The position numbers and the translations under genes are program-made. A stretch of 61,836 nucleotides of DNA, counting the filler. It is 4 parts of 4 records of this genome, joined end to end, with 100 filler letters (N's around TTAATTAATTAA, not from the genome) between each part and the next. Parts side by side here need not be neighbours in the genome. Positions count along the whole stretch, not along the records: positions 1 to 29,902 come from DRR378314_1423; positions 30,003 to 41,971 come from DRR378314_1429; 2 more parts are not named here. The stretch is one strand, 5' to 3'. This document shows positions 22,666-34,679 of this stretch, piece by piece. Each line of letters begins with the position of its first letter. Position 1 is the first letter of the stretch. The notes under the pieces are model-generated. The model worked only from the letters and a program-made list of their open reading frames with translations, did not search any database and was not told where the DNA came from.

Positions 22666-22668
22666 GCA

Positions 22669-23415
22669 ATGCTTTATCTTGCCCCGGAAAACAAACAAAA
22701 ACAAAAGCCCAGAAAATCTAAGAACATTGACTGGCCCAAACAATTTGAAACCTTAGAACAGCTGAGCCACTCTCAGGCGCTTAAACGGTATTACAGTCAG
22801 GGCATCAGTTCGCCGGATACGCCCATTAATAAAACGCCCATGGTTGCCGTCGACTTTGAAACCACGGGCTTAGATCCTGAACAGCATGGCATAGTCAGCA
22901 TCGCCGCAATACCTATGACCACAGAGCGGATTTTATTTTCAGAGGCAAAAAGCTGGGTTGTTAAACCACGACGCAGTCTTACGGATGAATCCGTCGTTAT
23001 ACATGGTATTACTCATAGCGAAATTGAACACGCCCCCGATTTAGAAAGTATTATTGATGAGCTACTGGAGCTTGTCGCCGGAAAAGTCTGGGTTGTTCAT
23101 TACCACGGCATTGAACGCCCTTTCCTGCAACGGGGAATTAAAGAACGCCTGCACGAAAACATCCAGTTTCCGCTTATTGATACAATGGAAATTGAAGCTC
23201 GATTCCACCGTAAACCGTTATCCTTCTGGCAAAAACTACTTGGAAAAAAACCGGAATCAATTCGCCTTGCGGACAGTCGTACCCGCTATAACCTACCTTT
23301 TTATCCGCCGCATAATGCGTTAACTGACGCACTGGCATGTGCGGAACTTCTGCAGGCTCAGATAGCCTATCACTTTGAGCCAGATACCCCACTTGGTGAG
23401 ATTTGGCTGCCTTGA
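22669..23415 (+). CDS. DEDDh 3'-5' exonuclease (DnaQ-like)
   Basis: VDFETTGLD, IHGIT, HNALTDA. Confidence 0.88.
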   Translation: MLYLAPENKQKQKPRKSKNIDWPKQFETLEQLSHSQALKRYYSQGISSPDTPINKTPMVAVDFETTGLDPEQHGIVSIAAIPMTTERILFSEAKSWVVKPRRSLTDESVVIHGITHSEIEHAPDLESIIDELLELVAGKVWVVHYHGIERPFLQRGIKERLHENIQFPLIDTMEIEARFHRKPLSFWQKLLGKKPESIRLADSRTRYNLPFYPPHNALTDALACAELLQAQIAYHFEPDTPLGEIWLP

Positions 23416-23438
23416 TCTACTCGTTGGGAGGTACGCCT

Positions 23439-23466
23439 TAAAGGTGAGCGATTGTCGCGCCGATGA
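23439..23466 (+). promoter_or_regulatory. Putative sigma28 (FliA) promoter of the MCP gene
   Basis: TAAA-N16-GCCGATGA vs consensus TAAA-N15-GCCGATAA. Confidence 0.55.
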
Positions 23467-23510
23467 CAAATATAATATTCAATTTCGGCTTAGGCGAATC
23501 GAGGGCAAAT

Positions 23511-25502
23511 ATGAACTGGCTGGGCAATTTATCAATGCGCAACAAACTACTGTTGTTGGTGCTTCCCCCCTTATTTATGATGATATTTCTTGCGGTAACG
23601 AACTTAGTTTCGACATATCAGCGTTACTCAGAAGCACACCATATTGAATTATTAACTGATTTAACCGTTGCCAGTGCTCCCGTGGTTGGGGCCTTACAAC
23701 GTGAACGTGGTCTTTCAGCACTGACTATGGCCTCTGGCTTCAGTCAGAATAATGTAGACAATTTACAGCGGCAGCGCGATGAGCTGGATCAATTTATTAA
23801 CCAGTTCTTAACTAAAACACAAAATATTGCAGCTGAAATAACTTTTTCAAAGAAAATTCAGCAGAAAATTGAAGCTGTACAAAACAATAAACTGGATGAG
23901 TGGCGCGGTAAAATAGACAGCCGCCAAATGGATCGCCAGCAAATGGTGAACCTTTATACTCAAGCCATAAGCTCATTACTTAGTGTTGTCGACGATGTCA
24001 TTGCTGAGTCCTCAAATTCGCAAATTACGCGGGAACTCAGCACCTATTCTTTAATGGCAAATACAGCCGAAGCGGCAGGAAAAGAACGAGCGTCTGTCGC
24101 TGCTTATTTAGCCTCCGGACAAGCCAATACGAAAGAACTGGCTAAACTGCAAAGTTTGTCCGGACAACAGCATGCGCTATTGGATAACGCCTTCTATGCC
24201 GCGAATAAGTCGTTAAAACCGCTGATAGAAGAACTGATAAATTCGTCTCAGCTGGCTAAAGTAAAAGCCACACGCGAGCAGCTTCTGGAAAGCGATGTTT
24301 TTTCTCAACTGAGTGGTATGGAATGGTTCCAACTCAGTACTCAGTATATCGCCAGAATCAATAAAGCGAATCAGGCGGTGCTCGAAGTCGTTAGTGAATC
24401 CTCTATAGCAACAGCAAGCGAAACGTTAAGCCAGTTGTGGCTGCTAGTTATTCTGATTTCTGCTTTTATCCTGGCGATTGTAGTACTCACGTTCTTTATT
24501 CTGAAAGGAATATACAGCCAGGTAAGAGAGCTCCTCGAAGGCATAGACTTTGTAATGAAAAACAAAGATTTACGCCGGAAAGTTTCAAGTAAAACAACGG
24601 ATGAACTGGGGAATATTGGTTCGGCTTTTAACCAGTTGCTGGAGAAGTTTAACGCTTCTTTGAATAAAATTGATCAAATGAGTGTTCAGCTTGCCACGGC
24701 AACCGAAGAAACAAGCTCTACTGCTTCGCAAAACTCGGAGCAAATAACCCGTCAGCAAAAACAAACCGAACAGGTCGCTACTGCCACTGAAGAAATGAGC
24801 GCTACCGCATCAGAAATTAGCGAGAATATTCAACGCGTTGCCGATGCTGCCGATAGTTCCATCAACAGCAAAAACAAAGGTGAAGCCGCTGTTCGCGAAA
24901 GTATCAACAGTGTCAGAGCCTTAGCTTCTGCGATAGGAAATGTAGGCGAAGTAATTAGTCAATTGCAGGAACGCAGCGTTAACATTAATCGCGTTATTGA
25001 CGTTATTCAAAATGTCGCCGACCAGACTAATTTACTTGCGCTAAATGCTGCAATCGAAGCCGCTCGCGCAGGCGAACATGGTCGTGGGTTTTCAGTTGTG
25101 GCTGACGAGGTGCGAAAATTAGCAAGCCAGACTCATAATTCAACCAATGAAATTTCTGAAATGCTGACCGGTTTTCAGCAGCTATCAGATGCCGCCTATA
25201 AAGATGTGAATGAGAGTAAATCTATAGCCACAGCAACAGAGGAGCAAGCCAGAGAGCTAGAACAGGCTTTTGCAGTCATATCTGAGGACATAAATAGTAT
25301 CTCCGAAATGTCGACTCAAATAGCGACTGCATCAGAAGAGCAAGTTGCTGTAGCAAAAGATATTGCCAACAATATGGAGTCAGTTAATGAAGCGTCGCTT
25401 CTTATTCTGACAGGCTCGCAGGAGATTAAGAGCGTAACCGAGGAACAGGCTAAATCGGCCAGAGAATTACAAGATTTAGCGATGGAGTTTAAAACCGCTT
25501 AA
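23511..25502 (+). CDS. Methyl-accepting chemotaxis protein with NIT-like sensor domain
   Basis: Two TMs, LQRERGLS and GKERA NIT-type motifs, [46 protein letters not shown] before ATG 23511. Confidence 0.9.
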   Translation: MNWLGNLSMRNKLLLLVLPPLFMMIFLAVTNLVSTYQRYSEAHHIELLTDLTVASAPVVGALQRERGLSALTMASGFSQNNVDNLQRQRDELDQFINQFLTKTQNIAAEITFSKKIQQKIEAVQNNKLDEWRGKIDSRQMDRQQMVNLYTQAISSLLSVVDDVIAESSNSQITRELSTYSLMANTAEAAGKERASVAAYLASGQANTKELAKLQSLSGQQHALLDNAFYAANKSLKPLIEELINSSQLAKVKATREQLLESDVFSQLSGMEWFQLSTQYIARINKANQAVLEVVSESSIATASETLSQLWLLVILISAFILAIVVLTFFILKGIYSQVRELLEGIDFVMKNKDLRRKVSSKTTDELGNIGSAFNQLLEKFNASLNKIDQMSVQLATATEETSSTASQNSEQITRQQKQTEQVATATEEMSATASEISENIQRVADAADSSINSKNKGEAAVRESINSVRALASAIGNVGEVISQLQERSVNINRVIDVIQNVADQTNLLALNAAIEAARAGEHGRGFSVVADEVRKLASQTHNSTNEISEMLTGFQQLSDAAYKDVNESKSIATATEEQARELEQAFAVISEDINSISEMSTQIATASEEQVAVAKDIANNMESVNEASLLILTGSQEIKSVTEEQAKSARELQDLAMEFKTA

Positions 25503-25521
25503 TTGTTACCTCAATGACTAT

Positions 25522-25556
25522 AAGGCCTGACTTTTTTATTGTCGGGCTTTCTCTTC
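25522..25556 (+). terminator. Probable terminator after MCP gene
   Basis: AAGGCCTGAC/GTCGGGCTTT stem with pyrimidine tail. Confidence 0.55.
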
Positions 25557-25724
25557 TCAGGCCGCTCAGAAAAGAGTCTGCGGGTAATTTCTTGTTTAAT
25601 TCAACGCGTGTGAAGTTAAGTAAAAAGTCTGGACTCTGACGCTAATTAATATCACCCTTGCTCTCTTAGTCTCAAAAAAACCACATCAGAAATTGGTTTT
25701 ATAAAAAGCAAAAAGGTAACAATA

Positions 25725-26339
25725 ATGAAAATCCGGCTTTCCATGCTTACTTTACTTTTAGGAACAGCATTATCTCATACCTCGATCGCTCAGGATCAAG
25801 TGATTAAACCAGCTCCCAGGGTTTCAACTCAGGCTCAGGCTGAGTTTTTTGCTGCTATAAACAAGCTTTGTGGTAATTCTTATGCAGGCGAGGTAACAGT
25901 CGATACGCCAACTTCAGAAGGGTTCGAAGGTGACTTAGTGATGCACGTTCGTAAGTGTGGTGAACAACGAATCGAAATCCCTTTTCATGTCGGAGACAAC
26001 CACTCGCGCACCTGGATATTAACCCAAACAGGCTCAGGTATTAGCCTAAAACACGATCACCGTAAACCTGACGGCAACTATGATCCGTTAACTATGTATG
26101 GCGGACATACCACTGACAAGGGCTATGCAACTGCACAATCCTTTCCTGTAGATGCCTATTCTAAAGAGTTATTTATTGAACTTGGCGTCCCGCAATCAAA
26201 TACAAACACCTGGCAAATGTACATTCACGACAATACCTTTACGTATCGTTTGGTTAGAGAAGGTCGCGAGTTTCGGGTGGACTTTGACTTAACGGAGCCG
26301 GTTGAAACACCAGCTACTCCATGGGGATACGCGGACTAA
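25725..26339 (+). CDS. Secreted conserved hypothetical protein
   Basis: Signal peptide SIA-Q, two Cys, IPFHVG..SRTW and LKHDHR motifs. Confidence 0.75.
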   Translation: MKIRLSMLTLLLGTALSHTSIAQDQVIKPAPRVSTQAQAEFFAAINKLCGNSYAGEVTVDTPTSEGFEGDLVMHVRKCGEQRIEIPFHVGDNHSRTWILTQTGSGISLKHDHRKPDGNYDPLTMYGGHTTDKGYATAQSFPVDAYSKELFIELGVPQSNTNTWQMYIHDNTFTYRLVREGREFRVDFDLTEPVETPATPWGYAD

Positions 26340-26355
26340 GGTTTGCCGAGTAAAA

Positions 26356-26610
26356 CTAATTAATATCGCTCCAGTGCGTATTTTTATTACTTTTTTCTTC
26401 CTTTTCCATTAGCACCAGAGTGAGATAAATTTTGGTGGGCAGCGACAGAATAACGCCAACAGCATTCATCGCTGCCCCCAAAATATAGCCACGAAAATCA
26501 ATATCATCGTTGCCAATAGTCACAGCCAGCACAACATGCCCTAACAAAATTAGGGTAATGCCGGTGACCATGGCAATTTTAAGTAACTTGACTTGCGTAG
26601 CTTTTTCCAC
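26356..26610 (-). CDS. Small two-TM membrane protein
   Basis: Two hydrophobic helices; GTG start abuts the prpF stop. Confidence 0.65.
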   Translation of the reverse strand: MEKATQVKLLKIAMVTGITLILLGHVVLAVTIGNDDIDFRGYILGAAMNAVGVILSLPTKIYLTLVLMEKEEKSNKNTHWSDIN

Positions 26611-27789
26611 TTAAAGAACGTCCCCCGGAATACGCACCTGCCCTTCCATTAACACTCGGGCACTGCGACTCATAATCGCTTTAATGGCTGTCCACTGACC
26701 ATTCACCTGTTTACATTCAGCGCCTACTTGCAAGGTACCTGAAGGATGGCCGAAATTCACCATAGTACGGTCTTTACCGCCCGCGGCTAAATTAACGGTT
26801 GTACCTGGAATAGCTGCAGCAGTGCCGATAGCAACAGCAGCAGTGCCCATCATGGCGTGATGCAATTTTCCCATCGACATCGCCCTTACCAGCAAGTCAA
26901 TGTCGTTGGCCTTAATGACCTTGCCACTGGATGCGGTGTAGTCTTTTGGCGTTGCCACAAAAGCCACTTTTGGGGTGTGCTGACGGTTAGCCGCTTCGGC
27001 AATATCATCAATCAAGCCCATCTTCACCGCGCCATAGGCACGTATGGTTTCAAAGCGCTCCAGAGCTTCCGGACTGCCGTTAATGACTTCCTGCAACTCA
27101 GTACCGTCGTATCCAATTTCCTCCGCATTGAGGAAAATGGTCGGGATGCCCGCATTAATCATCGTAGCTTTTAATGTACCAATGCCAGGAACCTCTAAAT
27201 CATCGATTAAGTTACCGGTCGGAAACATGGATTCGCCGTCGGCAGACGGGTCCATAAACTCCACCGGAACTTCAGCCGCCGGGAAGGTGACACCGTCCAG
27301 AATAAAGTCACCGGTTTCCTGCACTTCGCCATTAACCATAGGCACTTTATTGACAATGGTTTTGCCAATATTGGCTTGCCAGATGCGCACTTCGCACACA
27401 CCGTTTTCAGGTAAACGCTCAGCATCGACAAGACCGTTAGCAATAGCAAATGGTCCTACTGCCGAAGATAAATTCCCGCAGTTTCCGCTCCAGTCGACAA
27501 AAGGCTTATCAATAGACACCTGACCGAACAGGTAGTCTACGTCATGGCCTGGTTGCTCACTTTTAGAGACGATAACCGTTTTGCTGGTACTCGAGGTCGC
27601 ACCTCCCATACCGTCGGTATGCTTGGCATAAGGATCCGGGCTACCGATTACACGCATCAGCATGGCATCACGCACAGCACCCGGCTGTTGTGCCGGTTCG
27701 GGTAAGTCCTGCAAACGGAAAAATACGCCTTTCGAGGTCCCGCCACGCATATAGGTGGCGGGAATTTTAATTTGTGGTTTACTTGCCAT
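26611..27789 (-). CDS. prpF: 2-methylaconitate cis-trans isomerase
   Basis: YMRGGTSKG, DGMGGATSSTSK, GNCGN, SMGKLHHAMMGT, RSARVLMEG. Confidence 0.95.
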   Translation of the reverse strand: MASKPQIKIPATYMRGGTSKGVFFRLQDLPEPAQQPGAVRDAMLMRVIGSPDPYAKHTDGMGGATSSTSKTVIVSKSEQPGHDVDYLFGQVSIDKPFVDWSGNCGNLSSAVGPFAIANGLVDAERLPENGVCEVRIWQANIGKTIVNKVPMVNGEVQETGDFILDGVTFPAAEVPVEFMDPSADGESMFPTGNLIDDLEVPGIGTLKATMINAGIPTIFLNAEEIGYDGTELQEVINGSPEALERFETIRAYGAVKMGLIDDIAEAANRQHTPKVAFVATPKDYTASSGKVIKANDIDLLVRAMSMGKLHHAMMGTAAVAIGTAAAIPGTTVNLAAGGKDRTMVNFGHPSGTLQVGAECKQVNGQWTAIKAIMSRSARVLMEGQVRIPGDVL

Positions 27790-27801
27790 AATTAGAACTC
27801 C

Positions 27802-29902
27802 TTAGCTTGCTTCTGCTTCTAAAAAGTCCTGAGCAAAACGTTGCAGTACACCACCGGCTTCATAAATTGACACTTCTTCTTTGGTGTCTAAGCGGCACTG
27901 TACCGGCACTTCTTCACTGTCACCATTGGCACGATGAATCACCAGCGTTAGCTTAGACCCGGCCTCAGGTGTACCTTTCACATCAAAGGTTTCAGTGCCG
28001 TCAATATTCAGCGTTTTACGTGTAGTGCCCTCTTCAAACTGCAGCGGCAATACGCCCATACCAATTAAGTTGGTACGGTGAATACGCTCAAAACCTTCGG
28101 CAACAATGACTTCAACACCCGCTAAGCGCACACCTTTTGCCGCCCAGTCGCGTGACGAGCCTTGACCGTAGTCTGCACCAGCGACAATAATCAGCGGCTG
28201 TTTGTTTTCCATATAGTGTTCAATGGCTTCCCACATGCGCACGGTTTTACATTCCGGCTCAATGCGTGCCAGCGAGCCCTGAATGACTTTACCGTCTTCG
28301 CCTTTCACCATTTCATTAAACAGTTTCGGGTTAGCAAAGGTCGCGCGCTGCGCAGTTAAATGATCACCACGGTGCGTTGCGTAAGAGTTAAAGTCCTCTT
28401 CCGGAACCCCCATTTTCGCCAGATACTCACCCGCCGCACTGTCAGCCATAATGGCGTTTGACGGTGACAAATGGTCGGTGGTGATGTTATCACCCAGCAC
28501 GGCTAACGGGCGCATGCCCTTCATGGTACGTTCTGCAGCTAATGCGCCTTCCCAATATGGCGGACGACGAATATAAGTGGTTTGCGGGCGCCAGTCATAT
28601 AGCGGATTGTTTTTCTCGCCGTAATCCACCGACAGGTCAAACATCGGGTCATACACCTTACGGAATTGCTCAGGCTTAACACTCTGTTTCACAATGGCAT
28701 CAATTTCTTCGTCGCTTGGCCAAATGTCTTTCAGCGTTACCGGATTACCGTCAGGGTCAATTCCCAATACATCTTTCTCAATGTCAAAACGAATGGTACC
28801 CGCTATGGCGTAGGCTACGACCAATGGTGGAGACGCCAAAAACGCCTGCTTAGCATATGGGTGAATGCGGCCATCAAAGTTACGGTTACCGGATAGTACC
28901 GCTGTGGAGAACAAGTCGCGGTCAATGATTTCCTGCTGTATCTTCGGATCTAAAGAACCACTCATGCCGTTACAGGTGGTACAGGCAAACGCCACCACGC
29001 CAAAGCCTAAATCTTCCAACTCAGGCAACAATTCAGCTTCTTCCAGATACATTTTGACCGTCTTAGATCCCGGTGCCAGCGATGATTTCACCCATGGCTT
29101 ACGGGTTAACCCCAACTTGTTCGCGTTACGGGCAATAAGGCCAGCCGCAATCATATTGCGTGGGTTACTGGTATTAGTACAGCTGGTAATAGCCGCAATA
29201 ATCACCGCTCCGTCAGGCATTTTGCCCTCTTCCGGGTTCTCAATGTGCTTCGCAACACCACGCTCCGACAGTTCCGATGCCGGTAGCAGCGAATGCGGGT
29301 TCGAAGGCCCGGCCAGGTTACGCTTAACTTTCGATAAATCGAACTTAAGTACTCGGCCATATTCGGCAGACTTTAAGCTGTCGGCCCACAATCCGGTTTC
29401 TTTGGCAAAATGCTCAACCAATTCTACCTGGTCATCGTCACGACCGGTCAGTTTCAGGTAATCAATAGTTTGATCATCAATATAGAACATGGCCGCAGTC
29501 GCGCCGTATTCCGGTGTCATATTAGAAATGGTTGCACGGTCGCCAACGGTTAGGGCTTCTGCACCTTCGCCGTAAAACTCCAGGTAGGCGCCAACGACAC
29601 GCTCTTTACGCAAGAACTCGGTCATTTCCAACACTAAATCCGTGCTGGTAATACCCGGTTGCAGTTTACCGCTCAGCTCAACGCCAATAATGTCAGGCAA
29701 GCGCATATAAGATGCACGCCCCAGCATAACGCTTTCCGCTTCCAGGCCACCAACACCGACAGAGATAACACCTAAGGCATCAACCATTGGCGTATGGCTG
29801 TCAGTACCTACACAGGTATCGACAAAAGCGACATTGTCGCGTACCTGAACTACCGGGGACATTTTCTCCAGGTTGATCTGGTGCATAATGCCGTTGCCGG
29901 GA
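27802..29902 (-). CDS. acnD: Fe/S-dependent 2-methylisocitrate dehydratase (5'-truncated)
   Basis: GTDSHT, AITSCTNTSNP, ACTTCNGMSG, DHLSP, GSSRDWAAKG; adjacent to prpF; frame open to the gap. Confidence 0.92.
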
Positions 29903-30002
29903 NNNNNNNNNNNNNNNNNNNNNNNNNNNNNNNNNNNNNNNNNNNNTTAATTAATTAANNNNNNNNNNNNNNNNNNNNNNNNNNNNNNNNNNNNNNNNNN
30001 NN
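29903..30002. other. Artificial contig-join spacer
   Basis: N-run, TTAATTAATTAA (stops in all six frames), N-run. Confidence 0.97.
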
Positions 30003-30003
30003 T

Positions 30004-32013
<2,010 letters not shown>

Positions 32014-32172
32014 CCCTTTAAATAGAAGTAACTTTTAATCTTACGGTGTTCTGTTCTTTTATGTATGGCCCCAAAAAGAACCAAGGCCGAACAATAAAGC
32101 CGGGGTTCGTTTGCCTATCTCATTTCAATGCCCCTACGGACTTTGAAATGCTGACTTACTAATTAAAAGGAA

Positions 32173-32952
32173 CTATTCGGTCAAATTTGCCTTAAACCAG
32201 AAGTCGATCGTAACTTCTTCGGATCTTTGATCCTGCTGTGGTGGACCGCCACCTGGGCCTCCACCCTTGGGACCACCACCTTGGCCTCCCCCTCTGGGAC
32301 CACCACCTTGACCGCGGCCTTGACCTACTCCTCCAAAGCTGATATTTGAACCTTTGTTTTCAGTATCCCTTTCCATTTTTGGGGTTACCACACCTATGGA
32401 CATTTTTGAAAAATCAATACCGCCATCGGCTATGCGCTGTTTTGGCATCTTAAGATCATATCGCAATATTTTACCTTCTTCCTCATAATTGTAACTAATG
32501 GAGATACCCAATTCATTAAGATCAAGATGAAATTCTTCTTCGTAATCATTCTTAATATAATTGGCTTTTTTTGGCATGGCATCCAACATAAATAAAATAT
32601 CAGGTCCTTCATGATCAACTTCTTCTTTTTTCCCGCTGTTGCCCCCGTCCCTATCATTTCTTCCTTCTGATCTTTGTAGCGGTTCCATTTCTAAAGGATA
32701 TTGAACGGACACTTTCTTTTTTTTCTTCCCCTTGACATCAAAATAAACATAGAATCCACGGTGCAACATAGCAAGCATAGTGGATTGATCGTCAGTACTA
32801 AGTTGCACATAAATGTTTTCTGTATCCATAGAACTATTATATTCAATATGGTCTTCGGTATTTTCCTTTGGAGATTGAGCATGACTTATTGAAAATGCAA
32901 ACAACCCTATAACACAAAGCGATAGTCTAATCCTATTAAAAATAAACCCCAT
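32173..32952 (-). CDS. Secreted hypothetical protein with Gly/Pro-rich C-terminal segment
   Basis: Signal peptide SHA-Q; GGGPRGGGQGGGPKGGGPGGGPP. Confidence 0.75.
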   Translation of the reverse strand: MGFIFNRIRLSLCVIGLFAFSISHAQSPKENTEDHIEYNSSMDTENIYVQLSTDDQSTMLAMLHRGFYVYFDVKGKKKKKVSVQYPLEMEPLQRSEGRNDRDGGNSGKKEEVDHEGPDILFMLDAMPKKANYIKNDYEEEFHLDLNELGISISYNYEEEGKILRYDLKMPKQRIADGGIDFSKMSIGVVTPKMERDTENKGSNISFGGVGQGRGQGGGPRGGGQGGGPKGGGPGGGPPQQDQRSEEVTIDFWFKANLTE

Positions 32953-33306
32953 TGTTTTTTACTTCTATTTATTAGTATTGGGGACAAACCTAATGAATAA
33001 CAAAAGGCGATTTTTGTACTTTCTGCCAATAGGGATTAGTTTGGAGCGAATGAGGGATTATTTCCTGCGAGTCCAATTTTATATCTTTTAAGGGCAACCC
33101 AAAACACCCCTGAAGGTAAATATTATTCAAAAGGAAATTTCAATAACTGATTATCAATTATAAATCGGTCGAACTTACATTTCTTAACATTTTTAAAGAA
33201 TATTTTATATTTTATTTAGAATAAATTAAAAATAATCGCCATTTTATTAGGAATTATGCAAAAAATTGTTAAATTATAAGTTATAACTAATAATTAAAAC
33301 AAATAT

Positions 33307-34167
33307 ATGAGGCAACTTAAGATCACGAAACAAATTACAAACAGAGACACCAAATCCTTAGAAAAGTATTTTCAAGAAATATCAAAAATTGAATTGATTA
33401 CCCCAGATGAGGAGGCGGAACTGGCCAGAAGAATTCGTGAAGGAGATCAAATTGCCCTTAATAAATTAGTAAATGCCAATTTACGTTTTGTGGTTTCTGC
33501 TGCAAAACAATATCAAGGTAAGGGCTTACGCCTTTCCGACCTAATTAACGAAGGAAATATTGGCTTGGTCAAGGCGGCCCAACGTTTTGACGAAACCAGA
33601 GGTTTTAAATTTATCTCTTATGCCGTTTGGTGGATCAGACAATCTATTTTACAAGCGATGTCCGAACATTCACGTATGGTAAGATTGCCCCTGAATAAAA
33701 TTGGTGAAATAAGTAAAATAAACAAGGTATTCTCTGCCTTGGAACAAACCTTTCAGCGCCCTCCCAGTGCCGTAGAAATTGCTAGAGAGCTCGACATGAG
33801 TCCCACTCAGGTAAAATTGGCGATTAAAAATTCCGGAAAGCATTTGTCTATGGATGCACCTTTTGAAGAAGGAGAATCTTCCAATTTATACAATGTTATA
33901 AAATCGAAAGAGTCCAACAGTCCAGATACCAAAATGATGAGAGACTCCCTTAGAACGGATATTGAAATGGTATTAAAAACGCTTCCCAGTAGGGAAAGTG
34001 AAATTATACGCCTCTACTATGGTATTGGGGAACTTAACCCAAAAAGTCTGAGCGAAATTGGAGAACTCTTTGATATTACTAGGGAACGTGTACGGCAAAT
34101 TAGGGAAAAAGCCTTACGGATCCTACAAAGCAAATCCCGTAACCAAATATTAAAGGCGTATTTGTAA
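33307..34167 (+). CDS. Bacteroidetes-type RpoD/SigA family sigma70 factor
   Basis: MRQLKITKQ start, ANLRFVVS, DLINEGNIGL, FISYAVWWIRQ, ITRERVRQIREKA; no region 1.1. Confidence 0.93.
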   Translation: MRQLKITKQITNRDTKSLEKYFQEISKIELITPDEEAELARRIREGDQIALNKLVNANLRFVVSAAKQYQGKGLRLSDLINEGNIGLVKAAQRFDETRGFKFISYAVWWIRQSILQAMSEHSRMVRLPLNKIGEISKINKVFSALEQTFQRPPSAVEIARELDMSPTQVKLAIKNSGKHLSMDAPFEEGESSNLYNVIKSKESNSPDTKMMRDSLRTDIEMVLKTLPSRESEIIRLYYGIGELNPKSLSEIGELFDITRERVRQIREKALRILQSKSRNQILKAYL

Positions 34168-34194
34168 GAGTACATATGCCGCATCATATAATTT

Positions 34195-34220
34195 AAAGCC
34201 GACACCAAAAAGTCGGCTTT
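34195..34220 (+). terminator. Terminator after sigma gene
   Basis: AAAGCCGAC-N8-GTCGGCTTT. Confidence 0.65.
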
Positions 34221-34418
34221 CCTTATTATGACCTCTTCCTAATCCTTGTTGCTCCCTATATTCCAGGGCTTAAAACTGTAAGCCTATTTTCCCAGTTTTC
34301 CCAATGCAATAATTATGAGCCTAATTAACAAGGTTCGATTAAAAATGGTTATCTTTAAGACAATCAATTATTTAGCATCCATTGTACATAATTAATCAGT
34401 AATAAATCAATATCTATT

Positions 34419-34652
34419 ATGGGCCGATTAAAAGAACTAAAATACCTTACTTTGGTCATGCTCCTATTTGGTTTTGTTGCAACCGCTTCATTGAGCTCAT
34501 GCAGGGAAACAAAAAAAGAGGACAAGACCGAACAGCAAGAAGAGCAGATGACAGAAGAGGAGTCCGTTCATGAGGAACATCCCACTGAGGGTGGCGACGA
34601 ACACCCCAAAACCGAAGGGGACGAACATCCTACGGATTCCGATCCAGAATAG
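34419..34652 (+). CDS. Small acidic lipoprotein with three EHP repeats
   Basis: Lipobox LSS-C; EEHPTEGGDEHPKTEGDEHP. Confidence 0.75.
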   Translation: MGRLKELKYLTLVMLLFGFVATASLSSCRETKKEDKTEQQEEQMTEEESVHEEHPTEGGDEHPKTEGDEHPTDSDPE

Positions 34653-34679
34653 GCTTTTTATATCAATGAGAGATTATGC

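Noticed and set aside
29947-29958. TTAATTAATTAA palindrome as a biological repeat
   Set aside because: Identical copy centred in every N-spacer; it is an artificial linker.
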